A stretch of DNA of 52,973 bases from a virus (taxonomy: Duplodnaviria; Caudoviricetes): the IMG/VR virus record IMGVR_UViG_3300044576_000027, positions 1 through 52,973 of that record. One strand, written 5' to 3'. Made by a program: the position numbers and the translations under genes. Positions 9,456 through 16,746 of this stretch are shown piece by piece (position 1 is the first letter of the stretch; every line of letters starts with the position of its first letter). The notes beneath the pieces were generated by a model. The model was given only the letters and a program-made list of their open reading frames with translations, had not been told where the DNA came from and did no database searches.

Positions 9456-9572
9456 GTGAAGATGTCGTCCAAAACACTTCACTTCGACATTTAAGTCAAC
9501 TCAGAGTTACCCATACTTTAAGTGTGAGGAGAAAATCTCCTCGAAGTGTCTTGGACGACTCTCAATTGACTT
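9456..9572 (-). ncRNA. two-hairpin leader with loop-loop complementarity (sequence-divergent)
   Basis: GTCGTCCAAGACACTTC in the first structure pairs with GAAGTGTTTTGGACGAC in the GTGAAG/CTTCAC hairpin. Confidence 0.6.
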
Positions 9573-9574
9573 TT

Positions 9575-9613
9575 ATAATTATACTCTATTGTTGCTTCAT
9601 TCTCATTGGTTCT
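9575..9613 (-). promoter_or_regulatory. cassette promoter repeat (GAACCA...TATAAT)
   Basis: Near-identical to 8418-8456. Confidence 0.7.
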
Positions 9614-9623
9614 GGAAAAGATA

Positions 9624-9959
9624 TTAATCTCTCTTCCATAACATTTCTCTATACACTCTCAAATGAAGATACGTTTTAAATCCAAGTTTACGATAGTAAC
9701 TCTCTAATTTATCTCCTAAGCAATTTAATCTAAGATATTGATATTTTCTTTGTAACTTTTTAACAAGCTTTGAACCATCACCTTTCTCTAAAGAAAATAG
9801 TCCATTGATTTGTACTATCTTATTTTTCTGATGATGTAATCCACAATATGCTCCTCCTAATTTTACATACCTGTCACTATATTGATTTTCATCAATAAAT
9901 TCTCTTTTATCTATTTTTTTTAGATGAAATAGATACTCATTTCTAGTTATTGTCTCCAT
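9624..9959 (-). CDS. GNAT-like acetyltransferase
   Basis: KGDGSKLV acetyl-CoA loop-like motif and YYRKLGF C-terminal motif. Confidence 0.6.
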   Translation of the reverse strand: METITRNEYLFHLKKIDKREFIDENQYSDRYVKLGGAYCGLHHQKNKIVQINGLFSLEKGDGSKLVKKLQRKYQYLRLNCLGDKLESYYRKLGFKTYLHLRVYREMLWKRD

Positions 9960-10030
9960 TGATACAAATCTCCTATTTTTTTATTAATATAAAATTGTAC
10001 CAAAATCTCTCTCTTCTCCAAAGAAAAAAA

Positions 10031-10070
10031 GAAAAAAAGAAGTAAGTAACTCCAAAAGGAGTCACTACTT
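10031..10070 (-). terminator. intrinsic terminator after the RNAP gene
   Basis: GTGACTCC-TTTT-GGAGTTAC stem followed by a T-rich tract on the minus strand. Confidence 0.6.
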
Positions 10071-11780
10071 CATACAGAGTCCTGAAAACTCTTTATTATT
10101 ACCATCATATTCAACAATAACTTTCTTTAAGTCTCTAATCAACTTAGGAGTCTTAGGTGAATACTCAGCTCCAATAGACTTCAAGTAATTTACCAATATA
10201 GATTTACGTTGATTATGCATATCTCTCATGTGTATCTCTGCATTGGTTCTTACATCATCAATTACATGTGGTAATGATAGTACTGCGTCATGCACTGGTA
10301 ATGCAAACTCAATGTCATCAATAGCTGATACAATTCTATCCATAAGTATAGAATCAAGTGAATGAATTACACAGGTGTATGAAAAATTTTGATGTTGTTT
10401 ATAATCTTTAGCTACAATAACATCTGTATTATTGAAGTACTTCATAATACCTGTCTCACTATCAATAGTAAAGTAATCATTCTTTTTACTGTCAATAGGT
10501 TTAGTCTTCTTGACTTCAACTCTAAAAGGTTCGCAATAATCTCCAAGAGACACTGTATATTCACCTTTGCTATTGCAGACTTCATGATACATTGAAGATT
10601 CTTTCAACAATGTATTCATTGCAGTTATAATACCATATCTACCTTTGGTTAATTCACGTTTTAATAATCTAAGTTGCTTATCAATCTCAGTTGTTCGTGG
10701 TTCATCGAAGTTACGATCATATAGTGATGATAATTTCTCTTGACTACCATAGAATGTTGCAGTAGCTAATTTAGCTATAGGTCTATCAACACCATCTATA
10801 TACCAAGGGTCAAGTAGTTTATCGTTATTTATAACATTGCCCCAAGTTAATAATCTCTCATCATTGGTTATTAGTGCAGTTATCGTTGAGAGTGACATAC
10901 TGAAATCACTTTCAAGCACTATATCCCATTCAACAGAACCACAAGCATAAAGAGTATCTAATTTACTATAGATACGTTCTAACCAAATATTTAGATATAA
11001 CTCATCACCAATAACTCTATTTTCATAACATCTCTTACCATCAGCAATTCTGTCTTCAAGATTATCAGTCTTATTACCAACTTCATTACTAATAAAGCAG
11101 TAGATGTTATTTAATGCAGATATTGAGTCTAATGTATATACTACAGGCTCTACTCTCATTAATGCTCTACCAAGTTTATAACCCATAGGATTTAAAATCT
11201 TATTCAAAGCATTTGGTATAGCTCTACCTCTACTATCAGTGTTACAACCATTCATAGAGTATTGCAAGTCATACTCTGCATAATGACCAATGATTGTAGC
11301 AACAACATCAAAGTAAGTATATTCAAACTCTTCAGCATACTCAATATATCCTCTTTTAATCATTTCAGATGCCATTTTATGAACAACATCATCAATGATT
11401 TGAGTCTTATATTTATTGAGCATATCTACATCAAATCTAAATAATTTGTTATATTGTTTAACAAATCCTTTTCTCTTGATACCCATATCTCTTAATCCAC
11501 TTGCAGTTTTAGTTAAGCATTCATCGGTGGTTCTATTATTGAGCATATATTTCTCTAGGTTCATAGCAAATTTTTCATCTTTGAAATATTCTCTAAAAGA
11601 TTCACTAGCTTCAACAGTTGCATAATTATATTTAACTTTAGATACTACTATGTTGTTGGCAATCAATTCTTTTAGGCAAATAATAAAATATTTTTGACCT
11701 AATTCTTTGATTGCATAAGGAGTTGATACAATAAGTCTTGGAGAGTTAATTAGCATATTGTAAAGTTTATTGTTTTTCAT
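10065..11780 (-). CDS. single-subunit (T7/N4 RNAPII-type) DNA-dependent RNA polymerase
   Basis: DSRGRA (DxRGR), motif A LESDFSMS, motif B RPIAKLATATFYGS, IHSLDS, motif C PVHDA. Confidence 0.85.
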   Translation of the reverse strand: MKNNKLYNMLINSPRLIVSTPYAIKELGQKYFIICLKELIANNIVVSKVKYNYATVEASESFREYFKDEKFAMNLEKYMLNNRTTDECLTKTASGLRDMGIKRKGFVKQYNKLFRFDVDMLNKYKTQIIDDVVHKMASEMIKRGYIEYAEEFEYTYFDVVATIIGHYAEYDLQYSMNGCNTDSRGRAIPNALNKILNPMGYKLGRALMRVEPVVYTLDSISALNNIYCFISNEVGNKTDNLEDRIADGKRCYENRVIGDELYLNIWLERIYSKLDTLYACGSVEWDIVLESDFSMSLSTITALITNDERLLTWGNVINNDKLLDPWYIDGVDRPIAKLATATFYGSQEKLSSLYDRNFDEPRTTEIDKQLRLLKRELTKGRYGIITAMNTLLKESSMYHEVCNSKGEYTVSLGDYCEPFRVEVKKTKPIDSKKNDYFTIDSETGIMKYFNNTDVIVAKDYKQHQNFSYTCVIHSLDSILMDRIVSAIDDIEFALPVHDAVLSLPHVIDDVRTNAEIHMRDMHNQRKSILVNYLKSIGAEYSPKTPKLIRDLKKVIVEYDGNNKEFSGLCMK

Positions 11781-11805
11781 GGCGATTTTTCCTTTATGTT
11801 ATTTT

Positions 11806-11838
11806 AAAAAAAAATGAGACAGTATTAATACTATCTCA
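11806..11838 (-). terminator. intrinsic terminator upstream of the RNAP gene
   Basis: TGAGATAGTA/TACTGTCTCA stem plus T9 on the minus strand. Confidence 0.6.
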
Positions 11839-11857
11839 AATAGTTTTTAAACAGATA

Positions 11858-12457
11858 TTAAATCTGTTCTTCTAAAGACTTCATATTGTCTCTAATTGTT
11901 TTAGCTTCAGCAAGTTCATCTTTAGCTTTCTCTAAAGCTTTATCTTCAGCTTTATTCCAAAGTTCAATATCAAACGATTTAGCTTCCGATTTAAGTACAT
12001 CAATAAGAACATCTAACTTTAGATGTTTCAATACTTCAATACTGGCTTCAATAGCTAACTCTTCATCTGGTTCTAAACAATCAAATATCTCTTTAGCAAT
12101 GTCATGTTCATCTTTAACGACAAAACTATAATAACCATTAGATTCACGAACTTCTTCTAGCAATTCTGGATCAATATTGTTAAGTACTTCAAGTTGAGCG
12201 TCATTGTTATCAAGTTGTAAATCAATATCAAACTTTTCATCTTTGTTTTGTGGACGGTTATATGCTCTTGCAATTAACACAAGAAGTCCATAAGTTTTAC
12301 CAAATGAGAATGATTTACTGAATGCTCTAGGTCTAGCACTTAACAATCTAAAGTCTCTTGGTAGTTCCAAATTAGCTACATTGTAAACTTCTTTTGCTAA
12401 GTCAGTTAGTTTATTGAAAGCGTTTGTTTGCTTAATTGTCATTTTAATTCTTGCCAT
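11858..12457 (-). CDS. early hypothetical protein
   Basis: Likely start ATG 12457 (MARIK) with AAAGGA SD; acidic C-terminal half. Confidence 0.7.
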   Translation of the reverse strand: MARIKMTIKQTNAFNKLTDLAKEVYNVANLELPRDFRLLSARPRAFSKSFSFGKTYGLLVLIARAYNRPQNKDEKFDIDLQLDNNDAQLEVLNNIDPELLEEVRESNGYYSFVVKDEHDIAKEIFDCLEPDEELAIEASIEVLKHLKLDVLIDVLKSEAKSFDIELWNKAEDKALEKAKDELAEAKTIRDNMKSLEEQI

Positions 12458-12545
12458 AATATGTCCTTTGATAATTGGTATAGTACGAATATGCATAAAT
12501 GAATATGCATAAATAGAAAGTTGATATAGGTAACACGATTGTTAC

Positions 12546-12560
12546 CTAAATAGATTACAC
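12546..12560 (-). promoter_or_regulatory. putative phage-RNAP promoter GTGTAATCTATTTAG
   Basis: One of five copies upstream of minus-strand early genes. Confidence 0.6.
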
Positions 12561-12615
12561 CAAAAGTTTATAGTCTTTATGGATTGGACTTAGGTTACTT
12601 GTCTGCATGGTTCTA

Positions 12616-12798
12616 TTAATATTTGAAACCATTCCAAGATGATTTGAGTTTGAATTTAATGTATATCTTTTTATTCAACTCGTATTGAGTATGGATTACT
12701 AAATTTGGATTGTCATACATAAATAAGTTAACTTCGTTAATGTCATTGAATACTTTATTGATAAACATCTGTTTCTCCTTAATTATATTTAGCTTCAC
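12616..12798 (-). CDS. small hypothetical protein
   Basis: Short ORF; the internal ATG (MFINK) has an AAGGAG SD and is probably the true start. Confidence 0.5.
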   Translation of the reverse strand: MKLNIIKEKQMFINKVFNDINEVNLFMYDNPNLVIHTQYELNKKIYIKFKLKSSWNGFKY

Positions 12799-13033
12799 AA
12801 TATTCAGAAGCTTGTTTTACTCTAAAGTCAATTAGTTCATATCTATCCATATCTGAACTCATTTCAACTTCTAAATCAGTTAACTCATAGTCTTCTATAC
12901 AATTTGCTATTAATTCTGACTTTGTTAATTGTTGCTGATTATCTTCAATTTGTGGTTCTTTAGGTAATGTATTTGAACTACAAGCATTGATTAGTATAGC
13001 AATTATGAATGATAGTGTAAATTGTTTTGACAT
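12779..13033 (-). CDS. putative lipoprotein
   Basis: Signal peptide with lipobox LINAC. Confidence 0.7.
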   Translation of the reverse strand: MSKQFTLSFIIAILINACSSNTLPKEPQIEDNQQQLTKSELIANCIEDYELTDLEVEMSSDMDRYELIDFRVKQASEYCEAKYN

Positions 13034-13079
13034 TATGTATCCTTTAATAAAAATTGGTTTAGGTAAATATATTTATTAC

Positions 13080-13094
13080 CTAGATAAATTACAC
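13080..13094 (-). promoter_or_regulatory. putative phage-RNAP promoter (variant GTGTAATTTATCTAG)
   Basis: Two mismatches to consensus; upstream of the lipoprotein gene. Confidence 0.5.
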
Positions 13095-13304
13095 CATTAC
13101 TGGCACGGAAATTGGCTTTTTAGAGGTTAAAATTGTTGTAGTGTAGGTTTGTATTGGAATTGATGTAAAAATGGTTATTTGGTATGTGTATGACATCTGT
13201 GTGGTTGGTATTTTGAAATGTCTATTGATTTGTGGTTGTTGAATGCTTCTGGTTCCCACAACTGTGGGATTTGGAGAGGTTAACAGAATTTAACAGGTGT
13301 TAAT

Positions 13305-13351
13305 TGATTAAAAAATAAGCAGTTTTTTGATTAAAAAATAAGCAGTTTTTT
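13305..13351. repeat. tandem direct repeat TGATTAAAAAATAAGCAGTTTTT x2
   Basis: Seen directly. Confidence 0.85.
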
Positions 13352-13622
13352 GAACCACAGATGTTCTATTTTTTCATCAAGTTGTTCATATATACTAGAT
13401 TAATCTATACAGGTAACAATGCTTGTTTTATGGGCTTTAGAGAGGTAGAAAGTTAACGTTTGAAGCAACTTTCTATTTGATAAGTTAATGAATTCGTTAA
13501 CTTTCTAAGAAATTTTTAAGAACCACAAGGTGTTATATATATATTAATATATTATATATAAGGGATTAAATTTACCTAAAAATGCTTATTGATACCGAGA
13601 TTGTTGGATTTAAACGTGTTTT

Positions 13623-13713
13623 TTTACGAACAAGATTCTGTTTCTAAATGGGTAGTTACGAACAAGATATTGTTTCTAGAGTAGTGTTTACGAACAAGAT
13701 TCTGTTTCTAAAT
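13623..13713. repeat. three iteron-like repeats TTACGAACAAGATTCTGTTTCTA
   Basis: Copies at about 13623, 13656 (variant) and 13688, 32-33-bp period. Confidence 0.8.
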
Positions 13714-13792
13714 TTACAATGATGTTGACTTTATGAAGACCTTTGTGATAGGATGAAGTTGCAATAATAATAAAATCACAAAGGATAACTGA

Positions 13793-14263
13793 ATGAAGAC
13801 AGACAACAATGTATCTGAAATGGAGTATAACGTATTTCCACTTAAACAAAAGAAGAATCGAGGAGCAACAAAAGTGTATCTAACATTGAAAGACAAAGTC
13901 GAAATAATGAAAGAATGTGGTGATGCATCACTTATACTGTTTGATTTTTATTTGACAAAAACATCATATATGAATGGAACAGAGAAAGGTTATGACTATA
14001 TGGATGATGCTAAAACTGCTAAATCACTTGGTTGGAGCAAATTTAAAGTCAGAGACAATAGACAGAAACTCATGAAGAATAATTGGATGAAAATTGTCAA
14101 AGGACGTTATAACAATGGTAAGAAAATCATTAAGACATTTCTTGGTAAAGAGGTCGTTGAGAAAGAATTAAGCTTTGAAAGCAATACTCCAATCAGAGAA
14201 GAAGAAGTAAGTAGCAAAGTCAAAACATTTGCATCAATGTTTCCAAGCATGCAAACTAAATAA
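13793..14263 (+). CDS. winged-helix DNA-binding protein (possible replication initiator)
   Basis: DAKTAKSLGWSKFKVRDNRQKLMKNNWM HTH-wing pattern; AAGGA SD; downstream of the repeats. Confidence 0.55.
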   Translation: MKTDNNVSEMEYNVFPLKQKKNRGATKVYLTLKDKVEIMKECGDASLILFDFYLTKTSYMNGTEKGYDYMDDAKTAKSLGWSKFKVRDNRQKLMKNNWMKIVKGRYNNGKKIIKTFLGKEVVEKELSFESNTPIREEEVSSKVKTFASMFPSMQTK

Positions 14264-14600
14264 CAACAGAACCACATCATATAACAAAACTCCTCACCTT
14301 TTAAAGGAAGCTGGTGCGAACATGAAGAGGAATTATTTGTTCCATATTCTTGACGAAGCTCTGCGTTAGCAGAGTGCCGTTTAGCGAACGAAGTGAGTAG
14401 GCATCAAGAATCTGGAAAAATAACTTCTGATGAAGTGTTTCAGCACCAAAGCTGACGTTTAAGATTTTTGCAGATAGCACAACTAAAAACCTCGTAGAGC
14501 CGTCGGAGACATAACATATTTATAGAACCATTAGGTGTTAACTTCATCTGTGTGGTTCTATGAAGTTCATATAAATTTGCATTTTTTTATCAAAAAACCC

Positions 14601-14628
14601 TTGACAAATGTATCAAAAATGTTATAAT
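14601..14628 (+). promoter_or_regulatory. consensus sigma70 promoter
   Basis: TTGACA-N16-TATAAT with a TG extension. Confidence 0.75.
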
Positions 14629-14831
14629 TGACTAGTCAATTGACAAGGACGTATGTCCCAATTGTCAACTAGTCAAAATTTAAAATATTGAATATAAGAT
14701 TCTTTTTATGAGCTACCAACTCAAACTCTTGAACACATAGTTTATCTGTGTAGTTCATAAAAGGAATCAATGAGAGTTTAGAAGTTGGTAGCTCTATAAC
14801 TCCATTAAATTATATTCCTAAGAAAAATTAA

Positions 14832-15071
14832 TTGTTAGATATAATTGAGTTCTCTAAATACGAGAAAACAGTCATTGTTATAGCTCATACAATATATTAT
14901 TCAGGTAAAGGAGTTGTACCTGAAGTTGATTTTCAATGGTCAAATCATCTTGGTTGCAGACTCCATTTACACAAAGATATACTAAAGACGAAGACAAACT
15001 GTTATCTTGAAGTTGAAAAGCTTAGAGGCTATAAAGGTGATGATGTTATTGAACATTGGATGAGAGATTAG
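14832..15071 (+). CDS. hypothetical protein
   Basis: 79-aa ORF with a TTG start and weak RBS. Confidence 0.35.
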   Translation: MLDIIEFSKYEKTVIVIAHTIYYSGKGVVPEVDFQWSNHLGCRLHLHKDILKTKTNCYLEVEKLRGYKGDDVIEHWMRD

Positions 15072-15194
15072 AACAAATACTAAGTTGATACACTCTCTTT
15101 CATCAGTGGTTCTAAGATTATGTTTCCCTTATAAACCTATTGACTTATGTGTTATGTGCAATAGAGAAAAAATAATAAGTATAATCCAAAAGGA

Positions 15195-15404
15195 CTATAC
15201 TTTTATAAAGGTTAATACTCCACTACGAGTATCTAACTTCTCATATACAGTATTACTAGCTACATGTAATAGTTTGCCATTTGCATTTGTAAAACCTGAT
15301 TTCATCATTAATGCCCAAGCTTCTCTTTTATTTTTTGTATTCGTAGAGATGATGCTAGCTTTACCTGCAATTGTTTGTAATGTTTGTAATTTAATTGTTT
15401 TCAT
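15195..15404 (-). CDS. early hypothetical protein
   Basis: AAAGGA SD; preceded by the promoter repeat. Confidence 0.7.
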   Translation of the reverse strand: MKTIKLQTLQTIAGKASIISTNTKNKREAWALMMKSGFTNANGKLLHVASNTVYEKLDTRSGVLTFIKV

Positions 15405-15428
15405 AATAAGTCCTTTAAATTTAATTTG

Positions 15429-15443
15429 CTAAATAGATTACAC
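15429..15443 (-). promoter_or_regulatory. putative phage-RNAP promoter GTGTAATCTATTTAG
   Basis: Exact copy. Confidence 0.6.
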
Positions 15444-15452
15444 TAATATTTT

Positions 15453-15491
15453 GAAAAAAATAAAATACCAACTATCTAATGACAGTTGGTA
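15453..15491 (-). terminator. intrinsic terminator
   Basis: TACCAACTG/TAGTTGGTA stem plus T tract on the minus strand. Confidence 0.55.
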
Positions 15492-15574
15492 GGAATGACA
15501 TAAATCCGTAGAAGAATTGTACAGAATAGTAAGCAAGTACAGTAGTAAAAAACAGTATGTATAATTGTTTTCAT
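15476..15574 (-). CDS. 32-aa hydrophobic early peptide
   Basis: ATG 15574 with AAAGGA SD directly after the promoter repeat; below the ORF-track cutoff. Confidence 0.5.
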   Translation of the reverse strand: MKTIIHTVFYYCTCLLFCTILLRIYVIPTNCH

Positions 15575-15599
15575 AGCTAATCCTTTATAATATTTTTAT

Positions 15600-15614
15600 C
15601 TAAATAGATTACAC
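15600..15614 (-). promoter_or_regulatory. putative phage-RNAP promoter GTGTAATCTATTTAG
   Basis: Exact copy. Confidence 0.6.
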
Positions 15615-15686
15615 TAATGCTCTGAATTGTCTTATCAGATGGTTCTGTTAACTGTGTGTATTGTAAAAAAGAATTACCAACAAGTC

Positions 15687-15956
15687 TTATGACTTGTTAG
15701 CTTTTAACTCTTTTAGCTCACGTTTAAGCTTTTCAAGTTCAATATCTGTTTCAAGAGCATCAATCTCAAAATCTTTTTGAACAGATTTCTTAAACTCTTC
15801 AGTATATACTTTTGCAACTGATGTTAAATCTCTAGTAATGTCGATAACGTCATTGGCTAAGTTTAGAGCATTTCTTGCTGTATCAAATACTTCAATAGTT
15901 GTATTTACTACTTCAGTAGTTAGCTTTCTTCTTGGTCGTCTAGTTGTTGTTTGCAT
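15687..15956 (-). CDS. early coiled-coil protein
   Basis: AAAGGA SD; preceded by the promoter repeat. Confidence 0.7.
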   Translation of the reverse strand: MQTTTRRPRRKLTTEVVNTTIEVFDTARNALNLANDVIDITRDLTSVAKVYTEEFKKSVQKDFEIDALETDIELEKLKRELKELKANKS

Positions 15957-15987
15957 AGTATGTCCTTTATATTTTTATTTGCTTATG

Positions 15988-16002
15988 CTACATAGATTAC
16001 AC
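15988..16002 (-). promoter_or_regulatory. putative phage-RNAP promoter (GTGTAATCTATGTAG)
   Basis: One mismatch to consensus. Confidence 0.55.
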
Positions 16003-16226
16003 TCATGTTGGTAGTCTGTAGAGTTATGGACTTGTCTATGTATTAGCATGATTGCTGTGTGTTATCTGCATGGTTCTGTAGTTGTAGAGGATTAGATGTA
16101 TGGCTTGTTTAGAACCACAGGTATAGTTAGGTATAGGGGGGGTATTTTTTGGTTTTATAAATCGAGTTTTTTGGATAAGGGGGTCGAAATATTTCTAGTA
16201 GGTTGGGCTGAAAAGTGGGTGAACTA

Positions 16227-16357
16227 CCATAATAATATATATGAATACAAGAATATATATGAACCTCCATAATAGTATATACCTACCACAAGAATATATA
16301 CATCCACAATAATATATATTGAACCACAATAATATATTGAAACACAATAATATATAT
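16227..16357. repeat. about seven degenerate tandem repeats, consensus CCACAATAATATATAT
   Basis: Seen directly, ~18-21-nt period. Confidence 0.75.
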
Positions 16358-16448
16358 CGTAAGAATGATTACTGCAAGAAACAAATAGGTCAAGTTGTTT
16401 AACACTTTAATATTTAAACACTCAACCTACACTGATGTTATGGTTGAA

Positions 16449-16730
16449 CTAATTTTCTATATCTCTAACATTGTATTCAACATACTCTACTTTTATACCA
16501 GAATCAATTAATGATTGTATGTTTGTTTCTGCATGTGTTTTATTAGAACCTTTTGTCTTAGCTTTACAGCGACTATAACAGTGTCCAGTATCAGTTACAG
16601 AACCACTGTCATTCAATATTGTCTCATAATGTTCACAGGTACCACAGATTTTAGAACCACCTGATACACCTAAAAAGAAGTTGTATCTAAAGTTTTCAAT
16701 GCTGTCATCTAATACTTTGTATTTGTCCAT
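16449..16730 (-). CDS. hypothetical protein with CxxC and further Cys/His
   Basis: CGTC...HCYSRC; AAAGGA SD. Confidence 0.6.
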   Translation of the reverse strand: MDKYKVLDDSIENFRYNFFLGVSGGSKICGTCEHYETILNDSGSVTDTGHCYSRCKAKTKGSNKTHAETNIQSLIDSGIKVEYVEYNVRDIEN

Positions 16731-16746
16731 AGTTTGTCCTTTGTTG

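Noticed and set aside
9411-9482. N-terminal extension of the Rha ORF in the ORF track
   Set aside because: It overlaps the structured leader; the SD-supported start is ATG 9410
10065-11780. Family A DNA polymerase
   Set aside because: DxRGR, HSLDS and HDA motifs and the absence of exonuclease motifs fit T7-type RNA polymerases
13623-13713. Three ~23-nt repeats as a mini CRISPR array
   Set aside because: The spacers are only about 9-10 nt and there are no cas genes in the window; the pattern fits iterons better
14303-14453. tRNA or retron msr-msd
   Set aside because: No cloverleaf with a T-loop consensus and no adjacent reverse transcriptase
16227-16357. Tandem repeats as a CRISPR array
   Set aside because: Degenerate AT-rich units with essentially no unique spacers
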